Source: an uncultured Thermodesulfatator sp. (GTDB lineage: Bacteria > Desulfobacterota > Dissulfuribacteria > Dissulfuribacterales > QOAL01). From it: DNA of 64,000 bases. Positions 37,963 through 46,507 of this stretch are shown in pieces. The translations under genes were made by a program, and so were the position numbers. The stretch is taken from NCBI GenBank assembly GCA_964581255.1, contig CAZOMT010000033.1, positions 111,527 to 175,526 of the forward strand. Reading direction: 5' to 3'. Each line of letters begins with the position of its first letter. Position 1 is the first letter of the stretch. Under the pieces are notes generated by a model. That model was given only the letters and a program-made list of their open reading frames with translations. It ran no database searches and was not told the DNA's origin.

Positions 37963-40900
37963 TTACTTCTCCTTGCACAAGTTTAATAAGGGGCCAAAGA
38001 CGCTTAGGGAGATGTCAATAAAATCTTTGTCAAAAAGCTGTTTGCCTCTAAATGCAATCTCAGTCCAGCGATCCCTGGCTGGTTTTGAGGTGCCAGGCCG
38101 ATAATTACAGAGTCTTTTTTCAGCACGCTTCAAGGCATGGGTTAGGGCTTCGTCTTTTGTGGTTCGAGCTTGGCGGTTCATATATGTTTTTGCAAATTCA
38201 AAGGAGGGTTCAGGCAGAAGGGGCAAGGGTTTGGTAGCCCCAAGCAGGTAAAGCTCCACAAGCCTTGATAAATGGGCTTCAGCTTCATCTTTTTTTATTG
38301 GACGTATGGCAAGGCTCTTTCCCTGAGCACCTATATGGATGCTCTGTGCTTCTTTGCCTTCTTGCGTCAAGGTGGCTGCCAGATGGTTAATCCAGAGGGC
38401 AAGTCTGTCTCGGGCTGTTATCCTTGCAGGCCGAAAAGAGACGGCACCGTATTGTTCGGATGTCAAGATCTGGCCAGTTATGGCCTTCTTGCCATTGTCG
38501 ATTTTGATCTCTACCGAGCCTGTGGTCATGCGAGCCCCTTTGAGAAGAAGAAAGATTTCAAGCACAGCCTTTTTCAGTCTTAAAAATGATGTCTTGTCGA
38601 ATGGAGAAAAGGGCAAGAGGCCTTGGCCTTTTAATTTCATGAATTCATGGGCCAGTTGTTCTTCCCCCTTTTCCAGGGAGATCTTCACAAGGTCTTGAAC
38701 ATGGTGGTAGTAGTCAAGGCTTCCTATGAAGAAGGGCTCGTCTCCTTGCAAGATTGCGTCTTTCACATACAAGTCGAGATTGAGCACACGGGAAAGGAGA
38801 AAGCGTGCGGGATTAGAGAAGAAAAACAAAAGGTCAGACAGGTCTATGGTGTTTTCTGAGTCAGCATTTTTTATAGGGGTAATGAAAAACGGTCTTTCAG
38901 CTTCCTTTGCTTCAGCTCTGGCTTGCCCTTCTTTTTTGCACCATTCTGCTGCATAGGTGAAGAGCCTTGGATGTTCATGTCTGGAGTATACCGCACTAAA
39001 GGGCATCAGAGGATGTTCAGTAACTATGTGTTTCAGGGCAGTGTCATGGGCCTCTGATCTGGTATTTTGCTCCAGGAAGTCTAGGAGTTCACTAACGATG
39101 CCAGAGGGCATCTTAGCCAAGTTGTCGTTAACGCCTCTTCCGATATAGCTTATATAGAGGCAATCCCTGGCGGAAAGAAGGGTTTCCAGAAAGAGGTATC
39201 TGTCTTCATCCCTTGGTGATTTATCCCCTATGCGTGGCTTTTTGGAAGTGAGGTCAAAGCTAATGGCAGGGCGTTTTCTCGGAAAGGCGGTGTCGTTCAT
39301 TCCAAGAAGACATATTACCCTGGCTGGAATGGCACGCATGGGCATGAGGCTTGAAAAAACCACTCTGCCTGTGATGAACCTTCCTGAGGATACAGGCAAG
39401 GAAAGCCGGTGCTTAAAAAATTCCCTTACTATGCCCCAGTTGATGGTGTCCATATTGGCTTTTTCACCGAGTTCTCTAAGCTTAGAGGCTGCATCCCTGA
39501 TGGCTGCAATGCCTTCCAGGTCTTGGGGCTCCTCTGGGGAAAAGAAGTCATGGATAAGATCATTGACGAATTCTTGCCAGCCTGATGGAGAGCGTCTCAC
39601 AGCGAGCGCCTTTAGAAACCTATGAACCCTGGTCACGAAGAGGGAGAGGGAACCTGTTGCACGGGCATTTTCTCCCTCCAAAGGCAACTCGAAAGGCAGG
39701 ATAGAATCATTGAGAAAGCCCTCTCCAGCAAAGGAATAGCTTCCAAAAAGCCTGTCCATGCCGAACCTCCATGTATTTTGCCTGTCTTGTTCAAAGCCGA
39801 GGCCACGCCTTATGCCACTTGCAGCCACGAGCCCCCTGACTATTTCTTTTTGTTCCTCATGGATTCCAAATCGTCTGGATACAGCGGAAAATTCCAATAT
39901 ATCCATAAGAAGCGGGGCAGTTGCAGGCATCACTGAAAGATCCAGAAGCTTGAGAAAGACCTGGAGGATGGGGTTTGAACTGGCTGGGGAAAGATCGGAA
40001 AGGGACCAAGGTATGTATCTTTCAGAGTCTGTAGGGATGGAGCCAAAGACTCCTTGTATGAAAGGGGCATATCGCTGGATATCAGGAGCCATGACCATGA
40101 CTTCGTGGGGCTTGAGGCCGGGTATGGAAGAGAATAGGTCCAGGAGTTGATCGTGGAGAACCTCTGTCTCCCTCAAGGCACTGTGGCATGAATGGATCTG
40201 AATGGAGAAATCGTTGGGCCCTATTTCATAGGGTTTTGGGTTGTCCCATTGGCCTTTGAGAATGCCGCGTTGGAGCCATGAAAGGAGATTGTGTGTCCCA
40301 GGGTCTGTGAAGTGGTCTATTTCTACACTGTCGATACCTGGCTCGAACAGGCATTGAAAAATGATATGGAGAAAATCCCTTCCCACTCCTCCTAAGGATT
40401 CCAGCAAGGGATGGAAGTGTGTCAGACAGTGGGTGTCATGACGGAATTCGATCCGCTTTTTCCTTTTGGGGTTTTTTGCATCTTCCCAAAATTCCTTACA
40501 AGGATTCAGGCAGAAAAGATGTATGTCCAGATGGCGTGCAAGAATGAAAAAGAGTTCGAGATAGGCTGGCGGAAGGTGGGATATGCCAAAAATTGAGATG
40601 GCGGATGGAAGTAGCTCCTCTGGTAAGGGTTCTTCTAGCCGTTTCTTAAGTTTGACAAAGAGGCTGGCCATATGGCCAGCTTTGAACATGCGGTTTGTAA
40701 AGCGCCAAAGGGAAGACTGCCATAGTTCTTCTGCCGTCTTGCCTGTTTCCAGATTGAAGGCCCCTTCTTTTTCCCAGGCTAGTATCATTTCAGGGCGGTA
40801 GGTGAGGTATCTTTCAAAAAGTTCAGAAAGGCTGTGGGCCAAACAGTAGAGATTTCTGTCTCTTTCATGGCCTCTTATGCTGTTGATTTTTTTTAGGTGG

Positions 40901-41232
40901 CCTGGAAGGGGCATGGAGGCAGAGGCTATCCATTGGGGAATCGCCTTGATTAAAACCCAGACCAATTGCTCCCTGTTGAAGGAAGGACTTATCTCTTTTT
41001 TGGGCAGAAGCCCTTCCATGAGTTCACCTATAAAGGTTGCCGGCATGGGGAAATGCACGTTGGCGCATATAGACTCTGATTCCGCCATTTGAAGAGAAAG
41101 CCAATTGGCCATGCCAGGGTTGTTCACTACTACTATTCGGGAAGCCAAGGGTGAGGCTTGGTACGTGTCCATTACCTCTGAAAGGCTTTTGGCCAGTTCC
41201 TCAATCTTGTTACCGTTGTGGAGGATAAACAT
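37963..41232 (-). CDS. recC: Exodeoxyribonuclease V gamma subunit
   Basis: About 1089 aa with a RecC-like N-terminus (MFILHNGNKIEELAKSL). The stop TAA abuts the recB ATG, with AAGGAGAAG serving as the recB RBS. The track ORF extends 31 codons further, to 41325, through a hydrophobic low-complexity stretch that is probably not translated. Confidence 0.85.
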   Translation of the reverse strand: MFILHNGNKIEELAKSLSEVMDTYQASPLASRIVVVNNPGMANWLSLQMAESESICANVHFPMPATFIGELMEGLLPKKEISPSFNREQLVWVLIKAIPQWIASASMPLPGHLKKINSIRGHERDRNLYCLAHSLSELFERYLTYRPEMILAWEKEGAFNLETGKTAEELWQSSLWRFTNRMFKAGHMASLFVKLKKRLEEPLPEELLPSAISIFGISHLPPAYLELFFILARHLDIHLFCLNPCKEFWEDAKNPKRKKRIEFRHDTHCLTHFHPLLESLGGVGRDFLHIIFQCLFEPGIDSVEIDHFTDPGTHNLLSWLQRGILKGQWDNPKPYEIGPNDFSIQIHSCHSALRETEVLHDQLLDLFSSIPGLKPHEVMVMAPDIQRYAPFIQGVFGSIPTDSERYIPWSLSDLSPASSNPILQVFLKLLDLSVMPATAPLLMDILEFSAVSRRFGIHEEQKEIVRGLVAASGIRRGLGFEQDRQNTWRFGMDRLFGSYSFAGEGFLNDSILPFELPLEGENARATGSLSLFVTRVHRFLKALAVRRSPSGWQEFVNDLIHDFFSPEEPQDLEGIAAIRDAASKLRELGEKANMDTINWGIVREFFKHRLSLPVSSGRFITGRVVFSSLMPMRAIPARVICLLGMNDTAFPRKRPAISFDLTSKKPRIGDKSPRDEDRYLFLETLLSARDCLYISYIGRGVNDNLAKMPSGIVSELLDFLEQNTRSEAHDTALKHIVTEHPLMPFSAVYSRHEHPRLFTYAAEWCKKEGQARAEAKEAERPFFITPIKNADSENTIDLSDLLFFFSNPARFLLSRVLNLDLYVKDAILQGDEPFFIGSLDYYHHVQDLVKISLEKGEEQLAHEFMKLKGQGLLPFSPFDKTSFLRLKKAVLEIFLLLKGARMTTGSVEIKIDNGKKAITGQILTSEQYGAVSFRPARITARDRLALWINHLAATLTQEGKEAQSIHIGAQGKSLAIRPIKKDEAEAHLSRLVELYLLGATKPLPLLPEPSFEFAKTYMNRQARTTKDEALTHALKRAEKRLCNYRPGTSKPARDRWTEIAFRGKQLFDKDFIDISLSVFGPLLNLCKEK

Positions 41233-41621
41233 AGATGAAGAAATATAACATAAATAAAAAAGAGAGGATAATAGAAACAAGAGACAATCGTTAATGCCAA
41301 CCTTGAATGTTAAGTTAATTATCACTGGCGTGGATGGATTTTCCTACATTAATTTTTCAGATGAAACTGGAATAGAAACCACGGCATAAATATTGTCTGT
41401 TGCAAGCGATTGTATTAGCATCCAAATCGAATTCAGGGGGCTTCAAATGGCGATCCGTGCCATTTCAGGGAAATAGAAGAAGGAATTGCAAATCCGTGAT
41501 CTTGGCAGAAAGACTGATATTTTATATCACTTGAGCAGCTTGATGAGGGGCTGTTCCTGTATGCTGTCTTTGGGGCTTTAGGATTCCGTTTATCGTGACC
41601 AAGTAAAGAGAGGGGCTCCAT

Positions 41622-43541
41622 ATGGTATGCCATATCAAATCTTTCCTTTTTATCCTTACAATCCCTTTTTTGTCCATGCTTTTGTTTCCAAGTGGTGCCT
41701 TCTGCAAGAAAAGCAGCTGTGAGTTGTGTCATGAGGGTATTGAATCCATATCGGATCTTGCTCCAATGAAAGGGCTCACATGTCAGTTTTGTCACAGAGG
41801 GAATCCGGAAGCTGCGTCTGAAAAAGAGGCCCACAAGGGTATGTGGGCCAACCCATCGGATTACAGGGTAGCGGAAAAGACATGCGGAAGGTGTCATGAG
41901 AGGATCTTGAGTTGTTCCAAAAAATCCCTCCATGCCACAAGTGCAGGCATCATAAGCTCGACCCGCTATACGTGGGCTGCCCAAGATAGGCGAAATGCTA
42001 TTTTTGCAAATTACCAGGTGGAGGATAAAGATGGTGAAGTACCTGTCTCAAGGGGAGCCGTCCCTTTCCTCAAATCATTGCCCAGTTTCGATCCTCAACG
42101 GCCACAAGGCCCGGGGAATAACCCCGCAGACGATTATTTGAGAGAGGAGTGTCTCCGGTGTCACCTATATAGTTATGGGGCCGAGAGATATGGAGATTTT
42201 CGTTCGAGCGGTTGCGCCGCTTGCCATATGCCCTATGGGGATGATGGGCAGTATAATGGCGGGGATAAGGCCATTTCAGGAAAGCAAAAGGTTGGGAAAG
42301 GGATGGTAGCAAGGCCCCAGTTTCACAGGCTCACAAAGGTAATACCTCCAGAACAATGTATCCATTGCCACAACAGGGGTGGAAGGACAGGGGTCAGCTT
42401 CATAGGCACAATGGAGTCTGATGGTTACGGTTCTCCATGGTCTGATCGCCCGGGTATAAAGGGTGGCAAAAAGCTTCACGGCAAATATTACAACCACTTG
42501 AGTCCAGACGTGCATTACGCCAAGGGCCTTTATTGCATAGATTGCCATACTGCTCAGGACTGTCATGGAGATGGCAACATATATAGTAAAAAGGAACAGG
42601 CAGTAGAGATAGAATGCGAAGACTGCCACGGCACGGTCAATTCTGATAGCCGCCTTTTGACCTCTCAGGGAAATTCCATGAAGGCCTTGAGACGCCAGGG
42701 ACACGAAATCGTGCTTGTTTCAGTCACTGGCCGGCGGTACACGGTACCACAGGTAAGGACAGTGATTAAGAAGGGACCGTTGGCGGCAAGAACCGCAATG
42801 GGTATATCTGCCCACATGAAAAGGCTCGAATGCTATGCGTGCCATTCGAGATGGGCGCCCCAGTGCTATGGCTGCCATGCGCAACAGGACTGTTCTCAGC
42901 CGTCCTACGACTGGCTTGAAAATAAGGGTTGCGAAGATGCTTCAAGGGCTGGCAGAATGGCATATAGGAAGAAAAGTAGTTTCAAGTGGAGAGAAACCAG
43001 GTCCTATCTGAGATGGGAGAACCCAGCTCTTGGGATAAATGCCGAAGGGAAGGTCTCTCCCTTCATTCCAGGCTGCCAAGTGATATTTACGCAGATTGGA
43101 CTGGATGGCAAGGTGGAGGTGCACAACAAGATCTTTACCACCTTTGACGGCCTGTCAGGTATTGCCACAAATCCCATTCAGCCTCATACAGTGAGCAGAC
43201 ATGCTCGCACCTGCACGGATTGTCATTCAAATTCAAAGGCAGTCGGTCTTGGATCAGGAATATACGATTCCAAAGCCAACGGCCTCGATCTGCCCTTTGA
43301 GCTCGAAAGGATTGTCACACCAGATGGAAGGCAACTTCAGGCAACCAGTCATGAAGGCGCCCGCCCCTTCAATAAGAAAGAATTGAGAAGGATAACAAGG
43401 GTGGGTGTTTGTATTTCCTGTCATAAGTATGAGCAAGATCCTTCATTTTGGGCGAATGTAGTAAAAAGACACGGCAAGGCTCCTGATGACAAGTCTCATA
43501 GCATGATACTCGAAACAGTGGTGGAGCAAGGGGGCAAGTGA
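41622..43541 (+). CDS. Multihaem c-type cytochrome, 12 CXXCH motifs, secreted
   Basis: A signal-like N-terminus is present. The motifs are CELCH, CQFCH, CGRCH, CLRCH, CAACH, CIHCH, CIDCH, CEDCH, CYACH, CYGCH, CTDCH and CISCH, counted directly in the 639-aa translation. Confidence 0.85.
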   Translation: MVCHIKSFLFILTIPFLSMLLFPSGAFCKKSSCELCHEGIESISDLAPMKGLTCQFCHRGNPEAASEKEAHKGMWANPSDYRVAEKTCGRCHERILSCSKKSLHATSAGIISSTRYTWAAQDRRNAIFANYQVEDKDGEVPVSRGAVPFLKSLPSFDPQRPQGPGNNPADDYLREECLRCHLYSYGAERYGDFRSSGCAACHMPYGDDGQYNGGDKAISGKQKVGKGMVARPQFHRLTKVIPPEQCIHCHNRGGRTGVSFIGTMESDGYGSPWSDRPGIKGGKKLHGKYYNHLSPDVHYAKGLYCIDCHTAQDCHGDGNIYSKKEQAVEIECEDCHGTVNSDSRLLTSQGNSMKALRRQGHEIVLVSVTGRRYTVPQVRTVIKKGPLAARTAMGISAHMKRLECYACHSRWAPQCYGCHAQQDCSQPSYDWLENKGCEDASRAGRMAYRKKSSFKWRETRSYLRWENPALGINAEGKVSPFIPGCQVIFTQIGLDGKVEVHNKIFTTFDGLSGIATNPIQPHTVSRHARTCTDCHSNSKAVGLGSGIYDSKANGLDLPFELERIVTPDGRQLQATSHEGARPFNKKELRRITRVGVCISCHKYEQDPSFWANVVKRHGKAPDDKSHSMILETVVEQGGK

Positions 43542-43963
43542 CAAAGTAGGGCATTTGTTTCTGATCTTGTCTGGCCTGGGACAGAAAATAGTTGTCTGTT
43601 GCTCCATGCACCCTTTCCTTATGCCCCGTACAAAGCCAATCTATCGGCTTTTCGCTACGGCCATCCATTCCATTTTTCACCCAAGTCTGTTACCGATGCA
43701 TTCTGCCATTTTTTACAATCTATGGCCATTCCCACCCTGTAAAAAGGTCCTGAACTCACCGTTATTCAATGGAATTCGCCCATTTTCGTGGTTGAAAACA
43801 TTTCTTTTCCCCAGCCTTGGCATGTGAGCAGAGACCTTGGGAGCACATGCTGTCATCTTTTTGCATCAGTAGGGAAAAACAGTCACCGTTTTTTTCATAC
43901 CTATATTTCCATTAAAAAAATCCGCATAAACTGGGCTGTCTTGGCTCATTTTTGCTGTTTTTT

Positions 43964-43979
43964 TGGCATGGTATTGGCT
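43964..43979 (+). promoter_or_regulatory. Candidate sigma54-type promoter upstream of the Fn3/PKD protein gene
   Basis: TGGCATGGTATTGGCT has correct GG-to-GC spacing, but the -12 element is TGGC instead of TTGC. A second, mis-spaced motif, TGGCTCATTTTTGC, sits at 43942-43955. The site is about 140 nt upstream of the ATG at 44118. Confidence 0.3.
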
Positions 43980-44117
43980 GTTTGATGAAACCTGTATGGA
44001 TTCCATCCACAATATGAGCTGTAGGTATGAGATGCCAAAAAGGCAAGTGCATAATTCCAGGCATGTCGGTTGCTCATTAAGACAATAAAGCCAGTTATCA
44101 ATCAGGAGGAAAGTAGT

Positions 44118-45893
44118 ATGAAAGGCCGCCATGTATATAAAAAATGCAATAAAATTAAGAAAATATACTCAAAAAGCCCAGTGACAGAAAAGGGTTTTAA
44201 AAGTTTTTCACAGAAAAAATTTTTTAAGTCCTTTATAAACATTTTTTGTCTCTTCACAATCGTAGGCCTTGTTATGCCTCAGCTTCTCATGGCAGCAAGT
44301 GTTACTTTGAGCTGGAATAGGAATCAGGAACCAGACATTGCAGGATACAAGGTGTTTTATGGTACTGCTTCCCATCAATATACAGAATCAGAGACCATAA
44401 ACGATGCCAAGCATTCCCCTACCCAGATTTCTCACACGGTTTCAAATCTTAGCGATGGCATGACCTATTACTTTTCTGTGAGGGCCTTTGATCTGGCAGG
44501 CCAGATGAGTGATTATTCCCAAGAAGTATCTGTCTCCATTCCCAGCTCAGGAAGCGGCTCTGGCGGTGACGAAGGCGCAGGAGATTCAGGAGATTCAGGA
44601 GGCTCAGGGGACACAGGTGGTTCAGGAGACGACGGTGGAAGTGAAACTGGCCCCATGGAGCTCAAGGTCAACTTCCAGCCCGCAAGTGCTCTGGTACCAG
44701 CAGGCTTTGTTGCGGATTCAGGCGATTGGTATAACGCTTCAACAGGCTACGGCTGGGTAGGTGATCGCCCCAAGGTGGCGGACTACAATAGCAGCAGATC
44801 CAAGGATCAGCAGCACGACACCTTGGCAAAGGCCAACAGTGGTATGAAGTGGGAAATGGCAGTTCCAGCAGGCGATTATGAAGTTACAGTCTGCATAGGA
44901 AGCCCAGTCGATACATATCTTTTCCAGACAGTCATGGTCGAAGGGCGCAAGATCTTCTTCAACACCTCTACATGGGCAGCTCATTGGTCGGAAAAGACCA
45001 TGAAGGTGCATGTTTCTGATGGCAGATTGACCCTTAGTTTTACCAACATACCAAGGTCTTTTATTGCGCTGGATTATGTCATTGTTCGAGGCGAAGATAC
45101 GGTAATCACTGTAGGTCAGCAGAATCAGCCTCCCAGGGCAATAATATCTACTTCTACGAGAAGCGGACAGGCACCTTTGGACGTGTCATTCAACGGCAGC
45201 AGCTCATCTGATCCAGATGGCACCATTGTGCTCTATCATTGGGATTTCGGTGATGGCAGCTCTCAAAATGGGGCGGTCACAAGCCACGTCTTTACGTCAG
45301 CAGGCATATACAACGTAAAGCTTACTGTAAAGGACGATGATGGAGCTGTTGGCACAAAGACTGTTTCAATCTCGGTAACCAACTCGGGTACAGGAGATTC
45401 AGGCAATAGTGGAGATTCAGGAGATGATGGCGGCAGTGAAGGCGGCCCCATGGAGCTCAAGGTCAACTTCCAGCCTGAAAATGCCCCGGTTCCCGCAGGC
45501 TTTGTAGTGGATTCAGGCAACTGGTACAGTTCCTCTACGGGTTATGGCTGGGTGGCCAAAAGGCCTCAGGTCGTGGACTACAACAGCAGCAGATCCAAGG
45601 ATCAGCAGCACGACACCTTGGCAAAGGCCAACAGTAGTATGAAGTGGGAAATGGCAGTTCCAGCAGGCGATTATGAAGTTACAGTCTGCATAGGAAGCCC
45701 AGTCGATTCGTATCTTTTCCAGGGAGTAAATGTAGAAGGCAAACAAATCTTCCACAATACCGTCACTTGGGCAGGGCACTGGTTGGAAAAGACCATGAAA
45801 GTGCACGTGTCAGATGGAAAGCTGACCCTTAAATTCAGCAACATATTCAATTCATATGTGGGGCTCGACTATATAATCGTCAAAGAAAAATAG
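44118..45893 (+). CDS. Secreted or membrane-anchored surface protein: Fn3 - unknown beta domain - PKD - unknown beta domain
   Basis: AGGAGG lies 8 nt before the ATG at 44118. A basic N-terminus plus a hydrophobic segment is followed by an Fn3-like block (VTLSWNRNQEPDIAGYKVFYG...YYFSVRAFD). Gly/Ser/Asp linkers separate the modules. The PKD-like block is PLDVSFNGSSSSDPDGTIVLYHWDFGDGS...YNVKLTVKDDDG. Two copies of a ~155-aa module (PMELKVNFQP...LDY.IV) are present. Confidence 0.8.
   Translation: MKGRHVYKKCNKIKKIYSKSPVTEKGFKSFSQKKFFKSFINIFCLFTIVGLVMPQLLMAASVTLSWNRNQEPDIAGYKVFYGTASHQYTESETINDAKHSPTQISHTVSNLSDGMTYYFSVRAFDLAGQMSDYSQEVSVSIPSSGSGSGGDEGAGDSGDSGGSGDTGGSGDDGGSETGPMELKVNFQPASALVPAGFVADSGDWYNASTGYGWVGDRPKVADYNSSRSKDQQHDTLAKANSGMKWEMAVPAGDYEVTVCIGSPVDTYLFQTVMVEGRKIFFNTSTWAAHWSEKTMKVHVSDGRLTLSFTNIPRSFIALDYVIVRGEDTVITVGQQNQPPRAIISTSTRSGQAPLDVSFNGSSSSDPDGTIVLYHWDFGDGSSQNGAVTSHVFTSAGIYNVKLTVKDDDGAVGTKTVSISVTNSGTGDSGNSGDSGDDGGSEGGPMELKVNFQPENAPVPAGFVVDSGNWYSSSTGYGWVAKRPQVVDYNSSRSKDQQHDTLAKANSSMKWEMAVPAGDYEVTVCIGSPVDSYLFQGVNVEGKQIFHNTVTWAGHWLEKTMKVHVSDGKLTLKFSNIFNSYVGLDYIIVKEK
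44628..45090 (+). repeat. Intragenic repeat R1 (first copy of the ~155-aa module)
   Basis: R1 is colinear with 45423-45885 at a fixed 795-nt offset. The core 44781-44912 differs from 45576-45707 at only 2 positions by eye, while the flanks are clearly more diverged. Confidence 0.85.
45423..45885 (+). repeat. Intragenic repeat R2 (second copy of the ~155-aa module)
   Basis: See R1. Both copies share ggccccatggagctcaaggtcaacttccagcc at the start and the near-identical 132-nt core. Confidence 0.85.
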
Positions 45894-45920
45894 TAAGCGA
45901 TCAAATCGCCCGCTGCAAAG

Positions 45921-45956
45921 GGGGGTGTCACCAACAGGTGGTGCCCCTCTTTTTTT
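45921..45956 (+). terminator. Intrinsic terminator after the Fn3/PKD gene
   Basis: The hairpin GGGGTGTCACC-aacag-GGTGGTGCCCC includes G-U pairs and is followed by TCTTTTTTT. Confidence 0.55.
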
Positions 45957-46450
45957 GGTTCTGCTGGCAAAAGAGTACATGAAGGAGATATGGTCTTGAA
46001 AATGGTCATATACAGTAAAGGCTTTTACGGCCTGAAGCCTGAGGTCTTATTTCGGGTCTGATGGGGCCAAAATTAGAGATTTTGTTCTAGGGTGAAACGC
46101 ATAAAAGAAATGACAACAGACATCTTCCTGATATTTTGAGGATTATTTCTCGAGTGCAACAAAGCCACCGTGCAAGAGGGCAACTTACCGAAAAATTCAT
46201 ACTAAAATTTTATTTTCATTCTCGGAGGTGTCAGATATAAAACTGCTGTGACCGTTTTTAGAAGGCACTCGTAAGACGCTTGAGACTCAGTTTGGACTGC
46301 CTCAAAAATCGATAGAATATCAATAAGATACCAACAGTTTTTCTTTTCTTGGGCCTTGTACTTGAATCGAAATCGATGAATGGAGGTTTTGGCCGCTTTA
46401 CTTTGACTTCTTCTCAGTCTCAGGTACTCATGTACTGGAAGAACCTTTTT
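45950..46450 (+). repeat. Copy A (longest) of the dispersed intergenic repeat family
   Basis: The core is cagacatcttcctgatattttgaggattatttctcgagtgcaac (46117-46160). Block 2 is ggtactcatgtactggaagaacc (46423-46445). A is colinear with copies B, D and E, with indels. Confidence 0.7.
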
Positions 46451-46507
46451 TGGGGCAGGGTTTATGGGAGGTCTGTCCTCTGGGACTGAAATATTGGCGC
46501 AATATTG

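Noticed and set aside
41233-41325. A 31-codon N-terminal extension of the recC ORF (MIINLTFKVGINDCLLFLLSSLFYLCYISSS).
   Set aside because: It is hydrophobic, low-complexity and AT-rich. RecC-like sequence begins at MFILHNGNK (41232).
41433-41984. A 183-aa minus-strand ORF overlapping the cytochrome gene start.
   Set aside because: It is antisense to a 12-CXXCH gene, with no motif and no RBS.
43555-44132. ORFs of 65-90 aa between the cytochrome and the Fn3/PKD gene.
   Set aside because: Their composition is biased, they have no RBS, and they overlap each other on opposite strands. I treat this region as a promoter region.
44628-45885. A diversity-generating retroelement (template/variable repeat pair) as an explanation for the near-identical 132-nt segments.
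   Set aside because: No reverse transcriptase lies nearby. Both copies are coding and sit inside the same gene. The two differences (t/c and g/a) are not adenine-specific.
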